DNA from: Octopus bimaculoides
Taxonomy: Eukaryota
DNA length: 63,436 bases
Assembly (NCBI RefSeq): GCF_001194135.2
Contig: NC_069001.1
Span: 29,158,707-29,222,142 of the forward strand
Reading direction: 5' to 3'
Below are positions 52,076-63,436 of this stretch, in pieces. The stretch's first letter is position 1. Every line of letters starts with the position of its first letter. The position numbers and the translations under genes are program-made. Under the pieces are notes generated by a model. It was not told the origin of the DNA, searched no databases, and saw nothing but the letters and a program-made list of their open reading frames with translations.

Positions 52076-54491
52076 TAAATAATAATAATAATAATAAAAT
52101 TATAATACTATTAACAACGTAATATACATTTTAAAGATGTCAGATGGTTTGTGTGTGTGCGTAATTATTTGCATGGCTTCTATGAAAATTAAACACAGCA
52201 ACAACTGATATTATTTACATATCACTTAACAACACTCTGAAAATTGTTCCACGTGTTGCTTCGAAGTTCTGTGTATTTAGTATAGGTGCGTATTGCTTGG
52301 AAAGCAATTTATATTTAAACTTGAAAATGAAAACAAATGTCAGTCTAATAATTCCCGTTTTATATAATTCGACATCATATGCAAAATTTAGCCTAGCTGT
52401 AAATGACATATCTGAAATCATTGGAAAACACGTGTAGAATTTTATTGTAGAAACTTTGGGCATTTCCATCCATAAATACCATAGGCAAAATTATATATAG
52501 ATTGCCACAGGTATAATTCCAATTAAAATAAGTAGAGTTTTCGATTTCAGATGTCATAAATGCAATCAGATACAGTGAAATAATCTATAACAGAGATTTT
52601 TCGAACGAGTGACCACATACTTGACATATGATGGAAATATGCCAAAAATTCTACTGCATAAAATTAGGTTTTTCTTACCTGTATTTACAAAAGCAATATT
52701 AACAATAATTTCTAGACGAGAAGGGAATAAGCACGGTGAACATACGCAAACATTCTTACATTAACAGGTAAAGATTTAATATACAAATAGCTTCAACGTT
52801 TGGAAGTGTCAATATTTGATATAATAATCTACGCTGGCGTCATTTTTGCCAAAGTAAACTGTGGAAGCAATGTTTCTGTTTGTCTACTATAAACCTTTAT
52901 TATCCAAATATTGTACAATATGTCGATACACGAGGTTTCATTTCACTGTTTTTGCTGTCTTTCTTTTAACACATATCTTTCTATTCTCTTATATTGTTTT
53001 CGTTTTTATATTGTAATTGCTCAATTTTAACACATATACCCTACAAACATACGCCAAATTCTTTTTTCTTCTTATTGTTGCGCTTTTTTTATTTATACGT
53101 TTTGCTACTTTAGTTCAATAACGAACTTCTTTGTACATTTAGTAAACATTTTTTCTGTTTTCCATAAATTGATTCCGACTCAGTGTGAATCGTCTTATGT
53201 AGTGTTGGCTTTTCATGATAATTACTTGTCTGTGATGGTCTCTAATTTCCTGTATTTCTGCTATTGTTAAAGCTATGTTGCTTATATAACATTGTTTTCT
53301 TTATATATTCGGTGAGCTTTTTTTGTTTTTTCTTGATTTCTATCGAAGAGTCCTTTGTCTTTCACTTAATGACGTTTTTGTTTTATTTCTACATTGGCTG
53401 GTAATTTTCTTTTCTTTACCAATACTTTTTATGACTTTGTTGTTTGAATAAAACATATGATTTACGTTGGTGTTATGTATTTTATATAGCTTAATTTTGT
53501 TTGTTACTTTTATATTTAGAGATGGTGTATTCATGAATGTTATTATAAACACTTGTTTGTTTTTTTTTTTTATTTCTCCTTTCAAACTTATTCCATTTTA
53601 CGTTTATTTTATTTCCCCTATTAAATTATATAAATTTCTGGTGAAGCTTTTATATTTTCTATTTATTTAGGAGGTGCTCTTTTATTCCCCGTGTGCTGCT
53701 ACGACCAAACACTTCAGCCGATAAGCACGCTTCGATCAATATTACGTCGACATAATCAGATCTTTGATTTGTCTCACTACTTACAATTATAATGAACAGC
53801 GTATATCCTATATAAGTATCTACATAAAAAAATGTTTTCATCGGAATTAACTATCGTGTCTTACACTCAGATACTACGTTCGATATTTCAACTTTATAAA
53901 AATTATATTTCCATAAACTCTGAACTTAGGGATATCCTACTCTCTTTAATATTTTTTGTATACATCTCACAGTAAAAAAAAAATACTATTACATGAATTT
54001 CAAAACGCATTTGAGGGCCTGTGTTCTAATATACTCTCAGCCACAAATCTATTCAAGCATCAGAATGAATTCAAGCCCGATGTAGGAAATGGCTGTACAG
54101 CTCCTTTTGATATTTATTTGAATAATCCTTCACTTATTTTTAACTATACAAATAAGAAAATGATTTGATAACATATTCTTGTATTTGGAATCATGGTTTC
54201 GATTCTTCTTAATATTTCATCTTCTATCATTCTAAATGAAGAATCAAGTAAAATTTCCAAACACAATTTCCTATTCCACATTCAGATTACAACTATGTAG
54301 ATATTATAGTTGTAATTTCATTCGATTTTTGATACTACAGCGGGATAAAAAAAAGAAAGTAGCAGAAAATTAAAACAATCATTCGAATTACGTATTAGTT
54401 TTCTATAACTCCATGCCTACACACATGTGTGTGCCACGCTGTTTTCTGCTGTGCCAAATATACATATGATATTACCATGAATATCTACATA

Positions 54492-54526
<35 letters not shown>

Positions 54527-54529
<3 letters not shown>

Positions 54530-54713
54530 AGAATTCACAAAAAAACAAAACACAAAGACATATAGTGTAGAAAGCAAGGAGCAGCTGCAGTGGCACCTTG
54601 AGCAAGTGTCTTCTACTATACCCTCGGGCAGACCTACGCTCTTCCACAGAAAGAAACGCAGAGAGAAACAAGGAGACAAAGACAGAACGTGTAGAGGCTA
54701 GCGAGCTATCATG
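54527..54713 (-). mobile_element. Second copy of the 28948-29137 repeat with an OR-SINE core replacing its centre
   Basis: Flanks GGAGAATTCACAAA and CCTACGCTCTTCCACAGAAAGAAAC...GCTAGCGA.CTATCATG match 28948-29137; 54585-54634 is TGGCACCTTGAGCAAGTGTCTTCTACTATACCCTCGGGC. Confidence 0.7.
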
Positions 54714-54767
54714 ACACACAGACATATATGTATGCATGNNNNNNNNNNACTTGAATATATATATATA

Positions 54768-55309
54768 TACTTGAATATATATAAAAGGTAGCAAATCTTT
54801 ATAAAGTTTACTCCCAGTGGTCTAGCATGTATAGAAAGTCAATAGACAACATATTCAATATAAAATACCAGAGAAATTTCCAATAACAGGCAATTTCTTC
54901 ACGCGAGAAGACAGTCAAAACGACCGAAAACCACAAAAAATTAAAACATTTCAAAGGGAAAGAAAAAATAAAAACTTTTACCTTATTCTAACGGTTAGAC
55001 CAATAGGTTTCGAATTCTTTTATAAATAAAAAAAATTACTAGGTAAATTTCCTCAGTAACCACCCGTCAAAGTGTCTCCTAGTTATAAGTTATAATTTGT
55101 TCAAAATCTACTGCGCAGACGCAGTTTCAGTCGGCAGAAATTGAAAAATGTCGAAACGAACATTTAAATGCTAATATCAAATACTTGAGTATATATAAAG
55201 GGTAGCGAATCTTTACAAATGTTACTACCAGTGGCCTAGCATTTGTAAAACGTCAATACACAACATATTCAATATAAAATCCAAGAGAAATTTCCTATAG
55301 CTGGCAATT

Positions 55310-55314
<5 letters not shown>
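54768..55314. repeat. About 135 bp imperfect direct repeat (54768-54902 and 55182-55314)
   Basis: Both copies read TACTTGA.TATATATAAA.GGTAGC.AATCTTTA....TTACT.CCAGTGG.CTAGCAT...CAACATATTCAATATAAAAT...GAGAAATTTCC..A..GGCAATTTCT. Confidence 0.85.
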
Positions 55315-55404
<90 letters not shown>

Positions 55405-55479
55405 TTGACCTAGTCAGTACAGAAGGCCTGTTCAAAATCCTTGCCAAAATTTTTACAATAAATCTCAGTAATTTTTAAT

Positions 55480-56045
55480 CATCCCACACGGACATGAAAG
55501 GAGTCGTTCAATTTGTTATCTCTCTTTCGGAAGCATTGAACATATTCAGCGGCATGAAATAGGGCTATGAACGTGGCCCCACCCTATTTGGAAATTTATT
55601 CGCAGTCATGCTAAAACATGCATTTGGGACTACAACATATGGTGTTTACTTCCACACAAGATCAAGTGGAAAACTGTCTAATCTGTCTTAAAGCCCAATC
55701 CAAGTTGCGTTAGGTACACGTCAGAACAGCGCACTTTGAAGAGCAAATGCAGCACCTCGTGGTCAAATTGCAAAGGCCCGTCAAGAATTTCGCCTGGTTA
55801 TCGGTCTGAAGAAGCCCGAATTAATGGGTCTAAGTGGCAAAAACGCCCCCGCTATCACTATCAACAACTACAAGCTGGAGGTATTCTATCAATGCACCTA
55901 TCTCGGCTCTACCATTGCTGATGACCACACACTGGACCCTGAGATCTACAGGCGAATCAGACAAGCATCCTCCGCATTCGGTAGGCTCACATTGAGAGTC
56001 TGGGAAAATAAAAGAAGTTGGCTGCAAACACCAAAATTCAGTTCT
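55480..56045 (+). mobile_element. RTE-clade (BovB-like) LINE RT fragment
   Basis: HTDMKGVVQF..LSEA..I.SG.K.G...PTLFG..FA.ML.HAFG....GVYFHTRSSGKL, then APAITINNYKLEVFYQCTYLGSTI......PEIYRRIRQASSAFGRLTLRVWENK. The LFADD segment is deleted. Confidence 0.88.
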
Positions 56046-56049
56046 ATAT

Positions 56050-56160
56050 TTAAGAGATGAGGAATTACGTGCATTATTTACATTCAACGGATATCTGTCA
56101 TCTTGTTTGTTGTTAACACAACCTTTCGGCTGATATACCCTCCAGCATTCATCAGGAGTC
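56050..56160 (-). mobile_element. Probable Penelope-like terminal fragment containing a hammerhead-like motif (56115-56160)
   Basis: Minus: GACTC-CTGATGA-A-TGCTG GAGGGTATAT CAGCC-GAAAG-GTT-GTGTT. Single substitutions restore GGCTG/CAGCC, GAAAC/GTT and ACAC/GTGT pairing. Confidence 0.55.
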
Positions 56161-56161
56161 T

Positions 56162-56223
56162 TGTAGTGGTTAAGAGCGCGGGCTACTAACTCCAAGATTC
56201 CGAGTTCGATTTCAAGCAGTGAC

Positions 56224-56224
<1 letters not shown>
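56162..56224 (+). mobile_element. tRNA-like SINE head
   Basis: GTAGTGGTTAAGAGCGCGGGCTACTAACTCCAAGATTCCGAGTTCGATTTC: A box and B box, but no acceptor stem, and it runs into (TG)(TA)n. Confidence 0.7.
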
Positions 56225-56260
<36 letters not shown>

Positions 56261-57213
56261 NNNNNNNNNNNNNNNNNNNNNNNNNNNNNNNNNNNNNNNN
56301 NNNNNNNNNNNNNNNNNNNNNNNNNNNNNNNNNNNNNNNNNNNNNNNNNNNNNNNNNNNNNNNNNNNNNNNNNNNNNNNNNNNNNNNNNNNNNNNNNNNN
56401 NNNNNNNNNNNNNNNNNNNNNNNNNNNNNNNNNNNNNNNNNNNNNNNNNNNNNNNNNNNNNNNNNNNNNNNNNNNNNNNNNNNNNNNNNNNNNNNNNNNN
56501 NNNNNNNNNNNNNNNNNNNNNNNNNNNNNNNNNNNNNNNNNNNNNNNNNNNNNNNNNNNNNNNNNNNNNNNNNNNNNNNNNNNNNNNNNNNNNNNNNNNN
56601 NNNNNNNNNNNNNNNNNNNNNNNNNNNNNNNNNNNNNNNNNNNNNNNNNNNNNNNNNNNNNNNNNNNNNNNNNNNNNNNNNNNNNNNNNNNNNNNNNNNN
56701 NNNNNNNNNNNNNNNNNNNNNNNNNNNNNNNNNNNNNNNNNNNNNNNNNNNNNNNNNNNNNNNNNNNNNNNNNNNNNNNNNNNNNNNNNNNNNNNNNNNN
56801 NNNNNNNNNNNNNNNNNNNNNNNNNNNNNNNNNNNNNNNNNNNNNNNNNNNNNNNNNNNNNNNNNNNNNNNNNNNNNNNNNNNNNNNNNNNNNNNNNNNN
56901 NNNNNNNNNNNNNNNNNNNNNNNNNNNNNNNNNNNNNNNNNNNNNNNNNNNNNNNNNNNNNNNNNNNNNNNNNNNNNNNNNNNNNNNNNNNNNNNNNNNN
57001 NNNNNNNNNNNNNNNNNNNNNNNNNNNNNNNNNNNNNNNNNNNNNNNNNNNNNNNNNNNNNNNNNNNNNNNNNNNNNNNNNNNNNNNNNNNNNNNNNNNN
57101 NNNNNNNNNNNNNNNNNNNNNNNNNNNNNNNNNNNNNNNNNNNNNNNNNNNNNNNNNNNNNNNNNNNNNNNNNNNNNNNNNNNNNNNNNNNNNNNNNNNN
57201 NNNNNNNNNNNNN
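56261..57213. other. Assembly gap flanked by (TA)n
   Basis: Seen directly. Confidence 0.99.
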
Positions 57214-57250
<37 letters not shown>

Positions 57251-58434
57251 GTATATATATATGGGTATAATATAAATTACATGGCCACGCACATATAGTT
57301 ATTTATTTATACATTAATAAATAAAATAGAAACAAAAATATAAGGGAAGGAGAATGAAGAGTAATAGGAAATAATGTGAGGTTAGATGAAGAATACTCTT
57401 CTCGGAAGAATAAACTACATTATATTGAGCAAAATCCAGATTAAGCATTGATATAGGAAATAATGTAAAAGCGGCAATCCAAACGCACGTTAAATATATA
57501 AGAGAAATTCGTATGCGTGTGTCTGTGTGTCTCATGTACATATAAATCAGTGGTTAAAACACAAGGAACCGATATTAGATATAGAAAGAATCATTAATAA
57601 TAATAACTACATAATAGTATTAATAATAAAAGAAAGTAAAATAAACAGTAGACGAAAACGTGTTGAAAGAAATGCGCGAAATAAAGAAATAAAGGAACAT
57701 AATGTAGAGGAAAACGTGCTGGAAGATTTATTACTTAATGCAAATTTTATTTATCACTCACAATGAAGAACAAAAAATAATATATGAAGGAAATTTATCA
57801 ATAAACATAGTGAAAATTTATCGTATTGTGCAGGAAGTGGTAAAGAAATAATGAGTAAAAACCTCACGATATAATATAAATTAATACATTTCTCCTTTAC
57901 TGTTATCTTGTTGTACTTCATCTTGGTTACATTATTTTATTTATATTTTTATTTAACTATATATTTATTTGTAAAGCTTGAATTATATAGCTATTTTCGA
58001 TGTTTTTGTAGAATTGTAACGTATACACATTCTAAAAGAGTAGAGTCGGAGATATTTCAAGAAACAAGAATAAATGCATTTAGATATATAGTTAGGTTAT
58101 TCTTCTCGGGGACTGGATATAACTAAGTTCATTTATCACAGTTAGCTACAAACCTGCGATAATTTAACATCCTGTGAAATAAACAGAAAGGACATATTAT
58201 GAGAATGCCCCTGCAATTCAAATGCGATATCCCAATAAAGAATGCATCTCGACAACATTTCGATGTACATGCAAAAACACTTCACTTCAAATAAATACCT
58301 AATTTTTGTCGAGTACTAACACAATTTAAGGTATCAATGTTTCATTATATCCAGTAATAAAACAAAACTATTTACGTAGATACACATTCAAACATATAAA
58401 CATGCAGACACATAAACACACGCGCACGCATATA

Positions 58435-58477
<43 letters not shown>

Positions 58478-58820
58478 CTATATACATACATACATATATA
58501 CCTATATGTATATACATATATATACGTATATACATACATACACACACACACACGCGCACATATATATATATGTATATATATACACACACAGACACACGCT
58601 TTTATATAAATAAACATTTTTGAAACAAACATTAAATAAATGAATAAGTAAATGAGTGTAAATTGAACCGGTGGGTACCTTACTGAAGAAGGCATCGGAG
58701 CAAAATAACTCACCCCGCACAAAGCAAAATAGATAGATAGATAGATACATACATGCATAGATGTAAGCATATGTATATAAATTTACATTTACGTATAGGC
58801 ATATGTGTGTATGTATATAT

Positions 58821-58862
<42 letters not shown>

Positions 58863-60457
58863 GTTTTATATATATATATATTCATTCTCATCATATCTTT
58901 TTTTTACTAAGCCCTAGACAATAACCATAGCAATTATTCCTGACGTTACATTCTACCTCACGTCACTTATCCTTAACTGCTTTCTTTTGTCTGTGAGTTA
59001 CTCGTTTAACATCCCCCCTCCTCTATCTTCCACTATTTTGAAATGATGGATGAAATGACAAGAATTATTCTTCGGCTGGCTATTAACTTTATCTTCTTAT
59101 ATATCTGGTATTTCTCAAACAGTTTCAGGATCCTGTGTTTCCCTCTTCATCATTTCTATTTTGCTGTTCAATACACCTCCTTGGTACCCTTACACAATAT
59201 GTCATTCCGTGATTCTAATGCTTTATTTTAGTAAATATTTTCAGAATATCCGCATTTTCCACGTTGCTTTTGAGAAGGAATTTACATGTTGCAGAAGACA
59301 TACTTGTAACATCATGGACACATTGCATATGGATATTGCTATTACGCAAATCATGGACGGCTTAAAACAGCTATCGTGATCAAACTTTAAATATTTCTTA
59401 CATATATACTTTTTTTTCAATTTCTTTATCGTGAAATCTCTATTGTTTCCATGGATGTAAATTGTAGACTGAAACCTACCTCTGTTCATTGACCTTACTA
59501 CCTATTACATATATGCGCGTATGTATGTGTACACTTACATGCACAGACAAACACATACACACAGATTATATATATATATATTGTTGGTGTAGCATCTGTC
59601 ATAAAGGAGAATAATGGCTTTCGAAATAACAGAGTCAGATCTCGGTGTAGGCGAGAATTTAGTATGGTGATTAAATGGTAAACGAAATTCCAATACACAA
59701 TATTTGAGATACGAGGGGAACATCGTAATATTTGACTAGTTTCTTCTCTTGTGTAATTTATTTTATTTTGTCCAGCTCGGAAAATTAGATTCTGGCTTTC
59801 AATTATTTCACTTCAGATATAATCTTTTCAGTGGAAATATGGTTTCTGAACAATAATAAAATATGCAAGGAACTCACTTTCATGCCATAATGGAGTTATG
59901 ATATGAATGTAGGTGAACCATTTACAGGACGAGTTCATGTTGCTTTTCTTACCCATTAGAACATATTCTAATCAACATTGTTGTAGAAACACTCGTTAAC
60001 TCTAAAGTATTCCCCATCTATCTTCTGAACTGTGAACAATTTATAGCATATGGGTGGAATTACTTGAACTAGCCCAGCAGTAATTTAATGACCTCGGTAT
60101 GTATACAGTACAATGCAGCTAGCAACATCCAAACCATACATTTTTTTTCAGATAATAGTATAATATAATTATAAGATTCAGCCGTTAGTGAAAATATCAG
60201 GTATACAAATAACTGCTGCTCTCATAATGGAAATAAAATAATACATTTGGCAACATTATATCTCAATATTACAAAAGTATCTAAATGCTTTTCATACTTA
60301 CGCGAAATATGAATTCCTACGCTATGGAAATACCAAACGTAGTGGAAAGTAGCATCTGTATAAATCTATATATATTTTCATGACGTTCTTACGGGTATAA
60401 TTTTCATTTAAATTATGTTAATATTTTCTTTTCTTTCTGGGAAAAACTTAAAACTTG

Positions 60458-60458
<1 letters not shown>

Positions 60459-60551
<93 letters not shown>

Positions 60552-60575
60552 GTATATGTATATATATATATATAT
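60459..60575. repeat. (TA)n microsatellite
   Basis: Seen directly. Confidence 0.95.
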
Positions 60576-61099
60576 TTGAAATAGCTGGAACATTATTAGA
60601 TTTTATGGTTTGTTACGTAGATATTACACATGAGGAAACGTGAAACAAATCTATTTCACTCTAATTCACAGACTTGTATCTGGAATAGCTCTACTTCGAA
60701 AGAAGCTCGAATGTGAAGCATTGAAAGAACCTAAACTATGGAAGAGGTTGATATTGCGAGTCGCTTCGAGTGTTGCATGTTCTGTAAACATGAATGTAGA
60801 GTAGATTCGTAGGCAAAATTAACTTTCAAATTTACATGACGCCCTATATAGTTATATCCATAGAAAGACAGGGGAAACATTATCAAAGATGCTAATTGAA
60901 GAAGAACGTAAATATAAAAGAGACTCGCATGTGGATTCATGTAAATAATAATCGCAAGTATGAAACGTGACGATTCCAAATGTCTACTTGTAAATCATTT
61001 AAGACGAACGTAAAGTCAATCAATGTAGCTATCTGTCTGCAAACATCTATCTATCTCTGTAATGATCTATCTATACTTATATCTATCTATACGTATATA

Positions 61100-61345
61100 G
61101 AGTGGAGGCGCATGGCTTAGTGGTTAGGGTATCAACACCGTAATCGTAAGATTGTGGTTTCGATTCCTCGACCGGGTGACGCGTTGTGTTCTTGAGCAAA
61201 ACACTTCATTTCACGTTGCACCAGTCCACTCAGCTGGCAAAAAAAGAGTAATGTCGTGATGGACTGGCGTCCCGTCCAGCTGGAGAATGCATATGCCATT
61301 GAAACTGGAGAACCGGGCCCATTATCCTGGCTAGGCTTTAAAAAG
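61100..61345 (+). mobile_element. tRNA-derived SINE (third family), well preserved
   Basis: GGAGGCGCATGGCTTAGTGGTTAGGG...GGTTTCGATTCCTCGACCGGG...GTGTTCTTGAGCAAAACAC...GATGGACTGGCGTCCCGTCCAG (the last motif recalls vertebrate V-SINE-type central domains). Confidence 0.88.
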
Positions 61346-61879
61346 TGTTGAAATTTCGTTTCCACTCGACCACGGCTCATAAAATAAGATTTACTCAAAA
61401 TATATAATGCATTTGCTTCACTAGTCACATTATGAAGTTCCAGAATGTATGCTTATATACAAACAAAAGTTTAAATCTGCACAATCAGTACTTCAAGAAA
61501 TTACAGAGCTGGCTGTATGATTGTACGTTAACGCCAGTTCACGGTATGGCAGATAGTTTAGATACTAAGATATACAATAAATATATCTGAACAGACCCTT
61601 TATTTTGGAAAGTGAAGAAGTTGAAAAACCACATAGAACGATACTTCAACTCACCCCTCCTAATGTTATTTGTATCAATTTTCGAGGTACATATTAATGT
61701 TATTTGTATCAAACTAGAGAGTGTATGAGGCTTATAGTCCAATACATGTACACTGATCCATGACGTTCACATATAGTTAATTCCATAATTCCATGACCAT
61801 AAATAAATCGACGCATTGTAAGCGTGGTTTTTGCATATACGCGGGCTACCGAAATGTTCCAAACTTAAAGGGTATCGCA

Positions 61880-62058
61880 AAAGGCTTGATTAGAGGCCCA
61901 AATTTCCGAGGTTTTTGATAGGGCTTAGAAAAGCTAAAGGAACGCTGCAATAAGAGTGTGAATCTGAGAGGGGAATACGTTGAACAAAATCATGTTTAAC
62001 AGATTCCCCTTGTATTTCCTTTTACCCAAAGTCAGGAAACGTCTCGTAGCCTATCGTA
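61880..62058 (+). mobile_element. mariner 3' end
   Basis: GLEKLKERCNKSVNLRGEYVEQ (cf. RW.KC....GEY.E), followed by a TIR-like end ...TCGTA. Confidence 0.65.
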
Positions 62059-62303
62059 GATATACTTTACTTCATAGCCATTTTATTTTTCGTAGGTCAT
62101 GACTTAATTGTAAGTAATCTAGGAGAAGGAACGTAGTTTGGGTTTTACGTTTTGAATATGTTTTAGGGTTATTCTTATTTGAAAATCAATTTATGTTTCG
62201 TCACACAAAAATGCACAAACACATATACACACAAACACATGTACATTGTTATTTACAATATTTGTCATGAGTATATGGATACATTTTGTAAATATTTATA
62301 TAT

Positions 62304-62348
<45 letters not shown>

Positions 62349-62363
62349 CTANNNNNNNNNNAT

Positions 62364-62408
<45 letters not shown>

Positions 62409-62479
62409 CTACACAGATAAGTACATCCATACACATACACACACACATATATAGTTTTACTATTTTATTCATTTATCCG

Positions 62480-62780
62480 TTTCAGTGATTTTGTCTGTAG
62501 CCATGCTGGCGCAACACCTTTAGTTAAAGAGATCGACCCAAGGGCTTATTCATTGTAAGTCTAGTACTTATTCTACCAACCCCCCTTTACCGAACCGCTA
62601 AGTTGCGGGGACGTAAAGACAACATTTACGACAGGCTTCGTTCAGTTTTCACTCACAAGACTTTGGTCAGCCCGAGGCTATAGTAGAAGACACTCGCCTA
62701 AGGTGACAAGCACTGGGACTGAACCGGGAACTATGTCATTCGTAAGCAAGCTACTTACCACACGGCCACTCCTGCGCCTA
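62480..62780 (-). mobile_element. Full-length OR-like SINE lacking the internal microsatellite
   Basis: Minus: TATAGGCGCAGGAGTGGCCGTGTGGTAAGTAGCTTGC...CCCGGTTCAGTCCCAG...TTTACGTCCCCGCAACTTAGCGGTTCGG...CCAGCATGGC. Confidence 0.92.
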
Positions 62781-63436
62781 TATATATATATATATATGTG
62801 TGCCAAACATTTTCGAGGTATATATTATTTTATCACTTTCGATCTTCCGTAATCCCACGTAATTTTCATTTCAGCTTTGTAACATGTATCTCCTGTTAAC
62901 TTCGGTCAGCATAACATTCTGGTTTCTATTTTGTCGGCTTCTTTCCTAGACGTATGTTTAACTTAATTAGGATTTCTCATTCTTCAATAGAAGTCTTAGT
63001 GTCTAACTTGTTTAATTCATTTTGATTAAAAGTGAACATTTTCCTTGATAGCTGTTACTCAACAATTATATTGAATGTGTTCAGAATATGTTGCGCATAC
63101 AAAACCATACAAGCATTATATCGTACTCATGTAGTAGAGAAACATAAAGAGACATAATGAGAAACACATAAATGATCACAGGAATAGAGAGGTATAACGA
63201 CATCCAAAATATAAACACGGTTGTAAATTGCTGCAAATGCGTTATGAGTTATTTTCATACCTGGAGATTTGTCATAGTTTACCAATTAAATACAGTTATA
63301 TGACGTGTGTTTCATTTGTTAAAAACATCAGTATAACCATATGTTTCAACACACAATTCCACATCAAGAATCTTGCAAAACAAATGCATTAAGCGTAACC
63401 ATATGAGTTAGTTTTTGTCTATCAATAATATATTCA

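Noticed and set aside
9897-57298. Long ORFs (280-420 aa) in the ORF track
   Set aside because: Those at 9.9-11.0, 21.6-22.8, 29.9-31.3 and 56.2-57.3 kb consist of X residues from N-gaps plus YI/CV/HT repeats from dinucleotide runs; they are not genes.
58665-58715. CTGAAGAAGGCATCGGAGCAAAA hammerhead-like motif
   Set aside because: GAAA is lost and stem I is not adjacent; too degenerate.
56162-61200. tRNA-like sequences (e.g. 56162, 61100) as tRNA genes
   Set aside because: A/B boxes are present but there is no closed cloverleaf, and they continue into SINE bodies.
62290-62410. Apparent tandem duplication ATGCAC(AC)nATATATACT
   Set aside because: Straddles a 10-N gap; probably an unmerged contig overlap.

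Overview
AT-rich, microsatellite-saturated eukaryotic DNA with 13 N-gaps. The SINE families and repeat texture point to an octopod cephalopod (Octopus-like; inference from my recollection of those families, no database search run). I find no supportable host protein-coding gene, rRNA, true tRNA or CRISPR array. The long ORFs in the track are artefacts of N-gaps and (TA)n/(CA)n runs, except 44636-45706 (partly Tc1 transposase) and 39906-40439 (low-complexity). The window is a transposon graveyard. It holds many tRNA-derived SINEs of several families, a scrambled cluster of decayed R4/Dong-clade RLE retrotransposon pieces (1.4-8.3 kb), and a younger Dong 3' end sitting inside a (TAA)n tract. It also holds RTE and other LINE fragments, a Tc1, two DD37D maT copies, two mariner fragments and a hAT zinc-finger (TTF) fragment. 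The most interesting unannotated signal is a set of at least six minimal type I hammerhead-ribozyme-like motifs from several unrelated sequence families, as expected for Penelope-like pseudo-LTRs or retrozymes. One of them (13988-14070, minus) retains every catalytic-core nucleotide. Boundaries of decayed elements are approximate.
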